Assembly (NCBI GenBank): GCA_046537975.1 | Contig: JBKHJR010000001.1 | Coordinates: 688 to 64,687 of the forward strand | From: Desulfurivibrionaceae bacterium | GTDB taxonomy: Bacteria > Desulfobacterota > Desulfobulbia > Desulfobulbales > SURF-16 | Length of the DNA: 64,000 nt | Direction of reading: 5' to 3' | Shown here: in pieces, positions 28,430-37,067 of the stretch | Position numbering within the stretch: position 1 is the first letter of the stretch | Layout of the letters: each line of letters starts with the position of its first letter | The notes under the pieces: model-generated | What the model saw: the letters and a program-made list of their open reading frames with translations, nothing else | Told to the model about the DNA's origin: nothing | The model's database searches: none | Translations under genes and position numbers: made by a program

Positions 28430-30220
28430 ATGCAGTATCTCGATAACCAGGAATATCTTCTCGATCTGCTGAAAAGGGACCAGCTGATATCTGCTGAACA
28501 GGAAAAGCTGATCAGGGCGCGACTGAGCAGCAAGAGACGGCGGCCTGCCGGCAGGTCAGGGAAGAAGCTGCAAAAACCGGAAGAGGAGACAGTGGTTGAT
28601 ATTACTGTTGCTCTCTCCTTAAAGATACCCGGAAAAAAGAACGAGGTTCTCTCTGAAGAGAGGATAATGCGTTCTCTGGCCGGTGATGTAGGGCTGCCTT
28701 TCAAGAAGATTGATCCCCTGGAGCTTGACCTGGAGGTGGTCACCAAAACCCTGCCCCGTTCCTTTGCCCTTAAACACCATCTTCTTCCTGTTGAGGTGGC
28801 GGACGGCACCCTTCATCTTGTCCTTTGCGAGCCGGGAAACCTCAATCTGATTGAGGAGATTGAACAGGCCAGCCAGCTCAAAGTCAGACCCTTTTTAAGT
28901 ACCAGGGGAGATATTAAGAAAATACTGCAGGAGTTTTTCGGCTTCCAGTCCTCCATTTCCGCAGCCGAAACTCACCTGAAAGGGCCGACGGTTGATCTGA
29001 GTAATCTGGAGCAGTATGTTAAGATCTCTACGGCGGAAGAGGTCTCCTCATCCGATCAGCATATAAAATCGGCGGTGGATCATCTCTTCAACTATGCCTT
29101 TCAGGAAAGGGCAAGTGATATCCATATCGAACCGAAGAGAGAGACCAGTGCGGTAAGACTGAGAATCGACGGGGTGCTGCATACCATTTATGAACTGCCC
29201 AAGGCCATACACGCCGCCCTGATTTCCCGGATCAAGTACCTCTCCCGGCTTGATATTGCAGAAAAAAGGAGGCCCCAGGACGGACGGATTAAGGTGGACC
29301 GGGGCGGGGTGGAGGCGGAGATCCGGGTCTCTACTATCCCGGTGGCCTTTGGGGAAAAGGCGGTGTTGAGAATCCTGAGTACCGACATTCTTTTTCAGAA
29401 TCCGGAGAATCTCGGGTTTTCCGAAAGGGACTACAGGCTTCACAAATCATTTATGGAGGCTTCTCACGGCATGGTGCTGGTGACCGGCCCCACCGGGAGC
29501 GGCAAATCAACCACCCTTTACTCCACACTGCGGGCCATTTATTCACCCCGGATCAATATCGTTACCATAGAAGATCCGGTGGAGATGGTGTATGAAGAGT
29601 TCAACCAGATCTCGGTCCAGCCCAGGATAGGGATAACCTTTGACAGTATCCTGCGCAATATCCTCAGGCAGGATCCCGATGTGATAATGGTGGGGGAGAT
29701 CCGCGATGCGGAGACCGCTGCCTATGCAGTCCAGGCTGCCTTGACCGGACATCTGGTCTTTTCCACCCTGCATACCAACGATGCAGTCTCTGCAGTCACC
29801 CGGCTGCTGGAGCTCGGGGTTCAGCCTTTCCTCCTGGGCTCCACGGTAGTCGGGGCCATGGCCCAGCGTCTGGTCCGCACTATCTGTCCCCACTGTATTG
29901 AAACAGTGTCCGTGCCTGTTTCAGAACTTAAAGGCAGCGGCTTCCCGCTCCCTGACCAGGAGACTTTGAACCTGAAGAGAGGCAAGGGCTGCCGCCAGTG
30001 CCGGGGTACCGGTTTTCTGGGGAGATGCGGAGTTTTTGAGGTCTTTGCCATGAATGAGGAGATTCAGAAGCTGGTAAGCAGTGGTTCAACCTCAGCGGAG
30101 CTGAACAGGGCGGCCCGTCAGGACGGGATGACCTCTCTGAAAGAAGATGCCTGGCGCAAAGTCTGCCAGGGTATTACCACCTTTGAAGAGGCTCTCCGGG
30201 TGACCGGAAGCGGGGAATAA
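28430..30220 (+). CDS. GspE/PilB-family secretion ATPase (orphan, no partner genes in window)
   Basis: Walker A GPTGSGKSTT, Asp box, Walker B PDVIMVGEIRD, His box TGHLVFSTLHTN, and tetracysteine CPHC...CRQC. A T2SSE_N-like N-terminal domain is present. Confidence 0.85.
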   Translation: MQYLDNQEYLLDLLKRDQLISAEQEKLIRARLSSKRRRPAGRSGKKLQKPEEETVVDITVALSLKIPGKKNEVLSEERIMRSLAGDVGLPFKKIDPLELDLEVVTKTLPRSFALKHHLLPVEVADGTLHLVLCEPGNLNLIEEIEQASQLKVRPFLSTRGDIKKILQEFFGFQSSISAAETHLKGPTVDLSNLEQYVKISTAEEVSSSDQHIKSAVDHLFNYAFQERASDIHIEPKRETSAVRLRIDGVLHTIYELPKAIHAALISRIKYLSRLDIAEKRRPQDGRIKVDRGGVEAEIRVSTIPVAFGEKAVLRILSTDILFQNPENLGFSERDYRLHKSFMEASHGMVLVTGPTGSGKSTTLYSTLRAIYSPRINIVTIEDPVEMVYEEFNQISVQPRIGITFDSILRNILRQDPDVIMVGEIRDAETAAYAVQAALTGHLVFSTLHTNDAVSAVTRLLELGVQPFLLGSTVVGAMAQRLVRTICPHCIETVSVPVSELKGSGFPLPDQETLNLKRGKGCRQCRGTGFLGRCGVFEVFAMNEEIQKLVSSGSTSAELNRAARQDGMTSLKEDAWRKVCQGITTFEEALRVTGSGE

Positions 30221-30252
30221 AACAGAAGCCAGAATCCTGAACCTTTATTTAT

Positions 30253-30711
30253 ATGCCTGAAAAAGTAATCGCCAAAAATAAAAAAGCCTATCACGATTAT
30301 CATATTGAATCCACCATGGAAGCCGGGATAGTCCTCACCGGTCCGGAGATAAAATCTATCCGGGCCGGCCGGGTCAACCTCAAGGATGGATACGCCCATA
30401 TCAAAAATGGCGAGGCCTGGCTCCATAACGTACATATTTCGCCTTACAGGTTCGCCACCCATGCAAGTCCGGATCCCCTCCGGGTCCGCAAGCTCCTCCT
30501 GTCCAAACGGGAGATCAGGAAACTGATCGGCAAGGTCCAGGAAAAGGGGATTACCCTGATCCCCCTGAAGATCTATATCAATCAAAAGGGGCTGGCCAAG
30601 CTTCTCCTCGGCCTCTGCAAGGGTAAAACCAAATACGACAAACGCCACGCCTTAAAGCAAAAAGATCTGGATCGGGAAATGGGCAAGCTGGGGAAAAGGC
30701 CTGTTCATTAA
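30253..30711 (+). CDS. smpB: SsrA-binding protein SmpB
   Basis: [34 protein letters not shown]...NVHISPY...[10 protein letters not shown] is canonical SmpB. tmRNA lies 1.3 kb downstream. Confidence 0.95.
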   Translation: MPEKVIAKNKKAYHDYHIESTMEAGIVLTGPEIKSIRAGRVNLKDGYAHIKNGEAWLHNVHISPYRFATHASPDPLRVRKLLLSKREIRKLIGKVQEKGITLIPLKIYINQKGLAKLLLGLCKGKTKYDKRHALKQKDLDREMGKLGKRPVH

Positions 30712-30773
30712 TATCTCTTATCTGATGTATCTTAAGGAGCTGGACTTACAGCACAGTTGATTGAAGGAAAGTC

Positions 30774-31940
30774 GTGAATATTACCTGGAATAATCTTTTT
30801 TCCCAGTTTACGGATAAGCTGGATCAGTTCGCAGAGGCGCTCAATTCCCCGGAATTCATGATGTCCCTGCTGTATAAAGGGGTTCTCTCTCTGCTGGTTA
30901 TTGCTTTCACTCTGGGAGTCCGGTTCCTTCTTAAGCGGCTTTTATCCGGATATCTGGAGCGGATGCGTTTTGCCCGGTGGCTCATTAACCTGATAATTGT
31001 CGTCACTGCTGTTCTGGGCCTTTTTCAGATCTGGGGGGTAAATGTTGCCGCCTTTTTCCGCAGCCCTCTGGGTGCCAGGATAATAATCGTCGGCCTGACC
31101 TTTATTTTTGTCAGTGTAACGGGTCTGGTTGTCTGGCATGTAGTCAACTCCTATCTTGATAAAAAGATGGAGGCCTTACAGGAGGATCCGGAGGCAAGCA
31201 GGCGTCTTCTCACCATTCTCCCCCTTCTGCGCCATATCACCAGGATGATCATTCTGGGGGTGGGGATACTTATTTTTCTCCCTGCACTCGGGATTAATAT
31301 CGCCCCCCTGCTTGCCGGGGCCGGGATAGTAGGTGTAGCTATCGGTTTCGGATCCCAGAGCCTGGTCAAGGATGTTATTACCGGATTTTTTGTTCTGGCG
31401 GAAGACGTTATCCACACCGGAGACTGGGTGATCCTCGGCGGCCATGACGGCCAGGTTGAGGGCCTGACCATCCGTCATGTCCGTCTGCGTGATATATACG
31501 GTAATCTCCATACCGTGCCCTGGGGCACAGTGGGTTCCATTACCAACCAGACCAAGGAGTTCGGCTATGCCGTGGTGGAACCCGGGGTGGCCTACCGGGA
31601 GAATATAGATGAGGTTATAGAGGTGGTGAAAGAAGTGGCCCGGGAAATGCAGGAAGACCCGGCACTTAAAAATGATATCCTGGGCAATCTTCAGATACTG
31701 GGGTTGATAGAACTCGGTGATTCCGCTGTAGTCGTCCGGACCAGGTTTAAGACCTCACCTTTCAGGCGCTGGTTCCTGGAACGGGATTTCCGCAGGCGCC
31801 TGAAGAACCGTTTTGATGAACTGGGAATTGAGATCCCTTATCCCCACAGCACTATCTATTTCGGTGAAGACAAAAAGGGCGAGGCACCTCCGGCCAGGGT
31901 CCATATCTCCCACCAGGACAAAGATGGAGAGGAGTCTTGA
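30774..31940 (+). CDS. mechanosensitive ion channel (MscS family)
   Basis: GTG start. Several N-terminal TM helices are followed by the MscS core GFGSQSLVKDVITGFFVLAEDVIHTGDWV...G.VEGLTIRHVRLRD. Confidence 0.85.
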   Translation: MNITWNNLFSQFTDKLDQFAEALNSPEFMMSLLYKGVLSLLVIAFTLGVRFLLKRLLSGYLERMRFARWLINLIIVVTAVLGLFQIWGVNVAAFFRSPLGARIIIVGLTFIFVSVTGLVVWHVVNSYLDKKMEALQEDPEASRRLLTILPLLRHITRMIILGVGILIFLPALGINIAPLLAGAGIVGVAIGFGSQSLVKDVITGFFVLAEDVIHTGDWVILGGHDGQVEGLTIRHVRLRDIYGNLHTVPWGTVGSITNQTKEFGYAVVEPGVAYRENIDEVIEVVKEVAREMQEDPALKNDILGNLQILGLIELGDSAVVVRTRFKTSPFRRWFLERDFRRRLKNRFDELGIEIPYPHSTIYFGEDKKGEAPPARVHISHQDKDGEES

Positions 31941-32044
31941 CTTCCGGCAGGGATGCCCTTATATTGTAATCATAATTGCAAGAGATTATATCTTGAATTG
32001 AGCGCCTTTAATTTTAAGCGCTTAATTAAGATCTTTGACAAACA

Positions 32045-32401
32045 GGGGGCGAAACGGCTTCGACGGAGATATGTAAGCTCAGGCTGCATACCGAGCTCTA
32101 TTACCTCGTAAAACTGATAGGACTAAAGCTTAGTTGCAGACGACTATGCATATGCTGTAGCCGCGTAAAAGGCTACCGCTTCACCGGCTCATTCCTGCGG
32201 GGCTGGATGGAGCGTCGACTAGCGGGATAGCTTTCTCTGACTTGTCCGCAGTCACTGAAAGCGAAAACTGAGCGGAATAGCGCCGGATACCTCTTGTTCC
32301 GGGGGGTTAAGGCGCGATAAACAACTTTTACGGAACTAAGTATGTAGATGCTTGAAGGGGAGTATCTTCGGACGCGGGTTCGACTCCCGCCGCCTCCACC
32401 A
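32045..32401 (+). ncRNA. ssrA: tmRNA (SsrA)
   Basis: The 5' GGGGGCG pairs with the 3' CGCCTCC-ACCA, including a G3:U pair (AlaRS identity element). T-arm GGGTTCGACTCCCGC. The internal tag reading frame gca gac gac tat gca tat gct gta gcc gcg taa encodes ADDYAYAVAA*. Confidence 0.93.
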
Positions 32402-32433
32402 ATTTGCCTTCCAAAGAATTCCAAGAAAGTCTC

Positions 32434-32475
32434 AAATCCCGCACCAGATAATAGGTGGCGGGATTTTTTGTTTTT
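32434..32475 (+). terminator. rho-independent terminator of ssrA
   Basis: aaatcccgcacc / ggtg(g)cgggattt forms a 12-bp stem with one bulge and an 8-nt loop, followed by ttttttgttttt. Confidence 0.8.
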
Positions 32476-32737
32476 AGGGTGTTCCAATAATACATCTATT
32501 GACATCCTGTCCCTTTTGGCGGTATTTGTGTCAGTACTTGTTCCCGTCCGAGGTCAGATGCTGTATAAAGGAGAATCGGGCGGAACCACCGCTGAAAAAG
32601 CGCTTACTTTTCATCAATCTCCGGACTTGTCTGTCCTTGATGTTGATTTTCATGCTTCCATATTAATATTATGATAAATATCATGGATATTTTTTAATAA
32701 TTTCTCAAGGTGTTTTCTCAGTCGGAAAGAACAGGCC

Positions 32738-33559
32738 ATGACCAGGGCAACATGTTTCTTAGAAAAAGCATTGATTATTGCACTGCTTGTCTTTTTTACA
32801 GGCGGCTGCGCCTCGGAAAGATTCCTTTTACAGAAAAAGGATCTGTCCGGGGTGAACACTGAGATAGACCTTCTTGAGGACAAGCTGGAACAGCAGTCCG
32901 CCAAAACTGACCGGCTCATGGATCAATACATTAAACAGCAGCAGCTGCTGAACGAATCCATGGAGCAAAACACCCTTTCTTTCCAGGCCCTTGAAAAACA
33001 GATAAAAGAGGCGCACAACGACACCTGTCAGAAGCTGGATGCACTTAAAAGCTCTGCTGATGAGGATCCGGACTTAGAAGACCGGCCCTTACTGGAAAAC
33101 GTCGGCACTGACAAGCTTGTGGTGGGCAGGGCTGAAAATGTCCGCCTTACTCCCCCGGGCCATATTTTTCCTGCGCGGATTGATACAGGGGCAACCACGT
33201 CCTCGCTTGACGCCCGGGATCTGGAGGCATTTGAAAGAGACGGGGACCCTTGGGTGCGCTTTAAACTCAAAGACACGGAAGAAGATAATCTATACGAAAT
33301 TGAAAAGGAGGTGGTACGTCACGTCAGAATCCTGCAGGCCTCAAGTCCTGAACCCGAGCGCCGTCCGGTGATTGAACTGCAGTTTCAGCTCGGCGGGATC
33401 AAAATGGTCGAGGAATTCAATCTCGAACAAAGAGAGCATCTGACCCACAAGGTACTGATCGGACGCAATATATTACGGGATCTCATGGTTGTGGATGTGG
33501 CCCAGAAATTCATTGCTCCGTTGCCTGAAGAGAATAAAAACGGAGATGCAGGTAAATGA
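32738..33559 (+). CDS. retropepsin-like aspartic endopeptidase domain protein (formerly 'ATP-dependent zinc protease', COG4067/PF05618) with signal peptide and coiled-coil N-region
   Basis: The C-terminal domain VGRAENVRLTPPGHIFPARIDTGATTSSLDA...WVRFKL...VLIGRNIL carries the D-T-G-A aspartyl-protease signature. The N-terminus is hydrophobic and ends in GGC, a possible lipobox. The stop overlaps the next gene's start (ATGA). Confidence 0.75.
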   Translation: MTRATCFLEKALIIALLVFFTGGCASERFLLQKKDLSGVNTEIDLLEDKLEQQSAKTDRLMDQYIKQQQLLNESMEQNTLSFQALEKQIKEAHNDTCQKLDALKSSADEDPDLEDRPLLENVGTDKLVVGRAENVRLTPPGHIFPARIDTGATTSSLDARDLEAFERDGDPWVRFKLKDTEEDNLYEIEKEVVRHVRILQASSPEPERRPVIELQFQLGGIKMVEEFNLEQREHLTHKVLIGRNILRDLMVVDVAQKFIAPLPEENKNGDAGK

Positions 33560-35070
33560 AGTCAAAGTACCCCTTTTACCTGGTGATTCTGATTCTGATC
33601 ACCACCGGGGTAGGACTTGCCTGGCTCAGGCACGCGGAATTGAATATCCCTTTGATCCCCGGCCAGGAAAAACCGGTCTGGCTCATAGAGGCAAGAATTG
33701 ACTTTGTCGCGGAGGGAGAGCCGGTGAAGGTAAGCCTGGACCTGCCGGGAAATCCGCCCGGATTCAGACAGGTTTCTGAACAGGCGGCCTCAACGGGCTA
33801 CGGCTATTCCATTGTCGAAGGCCCGAACGGACGCAGGGCTGAATGGACCCGGCGCAATGCCACAGGCAGGCAGACCCTGTACTACAAGGTTCAGATGATA
33901 CCCGATCCGGAGGCCGGCAGCCGGAAGGAGGCCGGGAAAGAGCCTGAGCCGAAAACAGTTTACTGGGACCCGCTCCAGGCCACTGCCGCTCATCAGCTCG
34001 TTGAGCAGGCCTACGATAAATCCAGTACTCCGGCCAGTTTTGCCCGGGAACTGGCAAAGCAGCTGACCTCATCCAAACCTGACCAGAACGCTTCCCTGCT
34101 TTTAAACGAATATTCTCTTTCCACCCTTTTAATGCGGCTGCTCAACCATGCAGATATCCCCGCGCGCGAATCCATGGGGCTGGAACTGAAAGACGCCCGG
34201 AGATACCAGTCCCTGCAGCCGGTACTTGAGATTTTTGACCAGGACCGTTGGGTGCCGATGGATCCCGGCACCGGCGCCCACGGTCTTTCGGAAAACATGC
34301 TTTTATGGCACCGGGAGGGCAAATCCCTCCTCGACGTCTCTGGGGGGCGCAACTCGGAGATCCGTTTTTCCATGATGCGTCAGACCATGCCGGCAATGGA
34401 CCTGGCCAGGCTGGCGCTTGACAAGGACTGGCTTTCCATGCTGAGCCTGTACTCCCTTCCTATTGAAGAGCAAAGCGTTTTCAAGCTTCTGCTGCTTCTG
34501 CCGGTGGGGGCTCTTATAGTCACATTTATGCGGATCATCATCGGTGTGCGCACATCCGGTACTTTCATGCCGGTTCTGATTGCCCTTTCCTTTCTGCAGA
34601 CCGAGCTGATCCAGGGTCTGACAGCATTTATAGGTATCGTGGTATTGGGCCTTGTGCTGCGGGGCTATCTGTCAAAGCTCAACCTGCTTATGGTTGCCCG
34701 GATATCCACCCTGATTGTACTGGTGGTTTTCCTTACTTCCATGATAAGTGTCATAGGCCACGAGCTGGGATTAAACGTGGGGCTGACGATCACTTTTTTC
34801 CCCATGATCATCATCGCATGGACAATCGAGCGTATGAGCATACTCTGGGAGGAGGAGGGAAGCAAAGAAGTTCTGATACAGGGGGTTGGAAGCCTGTGTG
34901 TTGCAATTCTCGCCTACCTGTGCATGCAAACGGGAATTGTCCGGCACCTGACCTTCAATTTCCCGGAAGTCCACCTTGTCCTTCTTGCCTTTATTCTCAT
35001 GATGGGACAATACACAGGCTATAAATTAACCGAACTCAAGCGCTTCGGAGTGATGAAAGGAGGTCACTGA
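33556..35070 (+). CDS. inactive transglutaminase-like domain fused to 7TM module (PF14400/PF14402-type, 'UUP1' family membrane protein)
   Basis: The N-terminal TM helix (FYLVILILITTGVGLAWL) is followed by a ~270-aa soluble region. A C-terminal block of about seven hydrophobic helices begins LLLLLPVGALIVTFMRIIIGVRTSGTFMPVLIA. The position between the protease and ATP-grasp genes is the known conserved arrangement. Confidence 0.7.
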   Translation: MKSKYPFYLVILILITTGVGLAWLRHAELNIPLIPGQEKPVWLIEARIDFVAEGEPVKVSLDLPGNPPGFRQVSEQAASTGYGYSIVEGPNGRRAEWTRRNATGRQTLYYKVQMIPDPEAGSRKEAGKEPEPKTVYWDPLQATAAHQLVEQAYDKSSTPASFARELAKQLTSSKPDQNASLLLNEYSLSTLLMRLLNHADIPARESMGLELKDARRYQSLQPVLEIFDQDRWVPMDPGTGAHGLSENMLLWHREGKSLLDVSGGRNSEIRFSMMRQTMPAMDLARLALDKDWLSMLSLYSLPIEEQSVFKLLLLLPVGALIVTFMRIIIGVRTSGTFMPVLIALSFLQTELIQGLTAFIGIVVLGLVLRGYLSKLNLLMVARISTLIVLVVFLTSMISVIGHELGLNVGLTITFFPMIIIAWTIERMSILWEEEGSKEVLIQGVGSLCVAILAYLCMQTGIVRHLTFNFPEVHLVLLAFILMMGQYTGYKLTELKRFGVMKGGH

Positions 35071-35071
35071 T

Positions 35072-36010
35072 ATGTGGATTTCTCCCTTGTCCCTCCGCAA
35101 ACAGGGGTTTCTGGGCATAAACTGCCGCAATTTCACCTATATCAGCAGGTACAACAGACGCAGCAGGTACCCGCTTGTAGACGACAAGCTGAAAACAAAG
35201 CTTCAGGCTGAAAAATTCAACGTGACCACCCCCAGATTGCGGGGTGTAATACGCTACCAGTATGAAGTTGCCTCTTTTTCCGGACTTGTGGAAGATCTGG
35301 ACGGCTTTGCAGTCAAACCCTCCAAGGGTGCAGGAGGCAAGGGGATCCTGGTGGTCAAGGGCCGCAGCGGGGGTTTGTTCGTCAAATCCTCGGGCAAAAC
35401 CATGGACGTGTATGCCGTAAAAAGGCACTTGTCCAACATTCTGGCGGGGCTGTATTCTCTTGCAGGTACACCTGACGTAGCCATAATCGAGGATCTGATC
35501 CGGCCTGTTGAAATGTTTGAGAAACTTTCTTATGAAGGCGTGCCCGACATACGGATAATTGTGTTCAGGGGTTACCCGGTAATGGCAATGCTGCGGCTGT
35601 CCACCCAGGCCTCTGACGGCAAGGCCAACCTTCACAAAGGCGCCGTGGGCGTGGGCCTGGATATAGCCACCGGAAAATGCCTGCATGCGGTGCAGTATTC
35701 AAAGCGGGTCACCCGGCATCCCGATACCGGCTTGGCCCTGGATACCATTGCCGTGCCTGACTGGCAGCAGCTCCTGGTTCTTGCAGCACGCGGCTACGAA
35801 ATCACTCAGCTGGGATACATAGGCGCCGACCTGGTGGTGGATAAAGACCGGGGCCCGTTGCTCATTGAGTTAAACGCCCGCCCGGGCCTTTCCATTCAGG
35901 TGGCCAACGGTGTCGGCCTGCGTCCCCGCCTGAATAAAATCGAGCAGATTGACTCCGATTTAATCCCCTCTGCCGAAGAGCGCGTCAAATATGCCATGAA
36001 CGCCTTCTGA
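35072..36010 (+). CDS. alpha-L-glutamate ligase-like ATP-grasp protein (RimK-related, TIGR02291/PF14397 type)
   Basis: LGINCRNFTYISRYNRRSRYPLVDDKLKTK...FAVKPSKGAGGKGILVV...IIEDLI...PDIRIIVFRGYPVMAMLRL....GKANLHKGAVGVG...GADLVVDKDRGPLLIELNARPGLSIQ. AAAGGAGG lies 9 nt upstream, and the start is 1 nt after the 7TM gene stop. Confidence 0.8.
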   Translation: MWISPLSLRKQGFLGINCRNFTYISRYNRRSRYPLVDDKLKTKLQAEKFNVTTPRLRGVIRYQYEVASFSGLVEDLDGFAVKPSKGAGGKGILVVKGRSGGLFVKSSGKTMDVYAVKRHLSNILAGLYSLAGTPDVAIIEDLIRPVEMFEKLSYEGVPDIRIIVFRGYPVMAMLRLSTQASDGKANLHKGAVGVGLDIATGKCLHAVQYSKRVTRHPDTGLALDTIAVPDWQQLLVLAARGYEITQLGYIGADLVVDKDRGPLLIELNARPGLSIQVANGVGLRPRLNKIEQIDSDLIPSAEERVKYAMNAF

Positions 36011-36384
36011 TCAACCCCGACTTATTTTCCTTTAGGCCTGTCGCTTCTGGGAAAGGGCGGCAATAGTCGCTATAATTGAAAAGGAAATCAAGTTCATGAA
36101 TCAGGGAGACGAGCCGTGGAATTTCATCGGCTACACCGGCGGAGACCAATGGCCGAAATAAAGTCCTACATAAACCAGGAATGTGGGTTTAGAGTCTCCT
36201 GATCTGGGGAATCTGGGGAAAGCTTTTCTTCAGTTGAGCTATGCATTGAAAGGCGAAGACAAAAGCGGAACTTAGGCTAGTTAGCAGGACCCAGTCATAT
36301 TCTTAAGGGAAAATATCCGCAGCTGGGCAGGTTTTGGTTGAGCATTGCGCTGGATTTGTCATGAATAATGGTAACTTTTATAAC

Positions 36385-36409
36385 ATAGTTAGGCTTTTCG
36401 CCTAACTAT
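36385..36409. terminator. perfect 10-bp hairpin downstream of the restriction endonuclease gene (possible terminator)
   Basis: atagttaggc-ttttc-gcctaactat lies ~55 nt past the minus-strand stop at 36464. No strong U-tract follows on either strand. Confidence 0.35.
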
Positions 36410-36463
36410 TACAGATAATATATTAACTTCCTGAAAGCTATATCATTTTTAAATATATCAGCT

Positions 36464-37060
36464 CTATTCCTCCAAGAGATCCTCTATGTCTATAGTAATA
36501 CCGGTTTTTGTTTTTTTATAATAGATGAAGGCTGCATCTATTTTTTCCATAAGTCCTTTCTTGGATTTATAGCTTTCAGGTTTAATACTGACCGGTTTTT
36601 GGTCAATATAACCATCGATACCCTGAGATTCCTCCTCAGGGGTAGACATACGGTAATTTCTATTTAACAGATCAGCTGTTTTGCTGAGAATAGCATCCTG
36701 AAATTTCAAACCGATAAATGTCTTTATAATAACCAGGTCTTTCACCCAGTTTTCGATCATCTCCTCATCAATCAAATGTATAACTGATTTGAAATGATCG
36801 ATCATATCCTTAATTTTTGCAGTTGCCTTTGGGATGGCATCCGGGTGCTGTTCAAGATACCATGCTTCCCACTCCTCTATTGACTGCCCAGAAAATTCCT
36901 GAATTAATTCACTCATCTGACCGACAACCGCCGGCCGAGTTCCCTGGGAGTTCTGGTTGGCAAGGTTAAGAAGCTGGGTGGAATATTTGGGAAACTCAAA
37001 CTGTTCTGTCCCAAGAAGTTCTTTTACTTCATCATAGGATATTTTTAGACGTTTTTTCAT
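36464..37060 (-). CDS. type II restriction endonuclease (I believe MjaI-like family, PF09568)
   Basis: ~198 aa from Met MKKRLKISY (37060), 7 nt after the methyltransferase stop on the same strand. FPKYSTQLLNLANQNSQGTRPAVVGQMSELI and GIDGYIDQKPVSIKPESYK resemble what I recall of MjaI-family enzymes. AT-rich codon usage is shared with the MTase. The family assignment is from memory only. Confidence 0.55.
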   Translation of the reverse strand: MKKRLKISYDEVKELLGTEQFEFPKYSTQLLNLANQNSQGTRPAVVGQMSELIQEFSGQSIEEWEAWYLEQHPDAIPKATAKIKDMIDHFKSVIHLIDEEMIENWVKDLVIIKTFIGLKFQDAILSKTADLLNRNYRMSTPEEESQGIDGYIDQKPVSIKPESYKSKKGLMEKIDAAFIYYKKTKTGITIDIEDLLEE

Positions 37061-37067
37061 TATCCAG

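Noticed and set aside
32530-32652. ~40-codon minus-strand mini-ORF (MKINIKDRQVRRLMKSKRFFSGG...) between ssrA and the protease gene
   Set aside because: It has only a weak SD (ggaag), no recognisable family and no way to test conservation here. It is more likely part of the promoter/leader of the triad operon.
32348-32674. 108-aa plus ORF and 110-aa minus ORF (32173-32505) overlapping the tmRNA
   Set aside because: They overlap a confidently identified structured RNA and its terminator. Their poly-Pro/Arg translations derive from the tmRNA acceptor/T-arm sequence.
35036-35686. 216-aa minus-strand ORF over the ATP-grasp ligase gene; likewise 39380-40042 (+) over HD-GYP and 42311-43678 (+) over copA
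   Set aside because: Each opposes a gene with strong catalytic motifs (ATP-grasp, HHEKWDGTGYP, multicopper oxidase His boxes), so these are shadow ORFs.
36200-36260. tRNA-like fragment (minus-strand atagctcaactgaag resembles a D-arm TAGCTCA..) that could mark an att site
   Set aside because: No complementary D-stem, anticodon arm or T-arm can be drawn around it. The resemblance is limited to about 8 nt.
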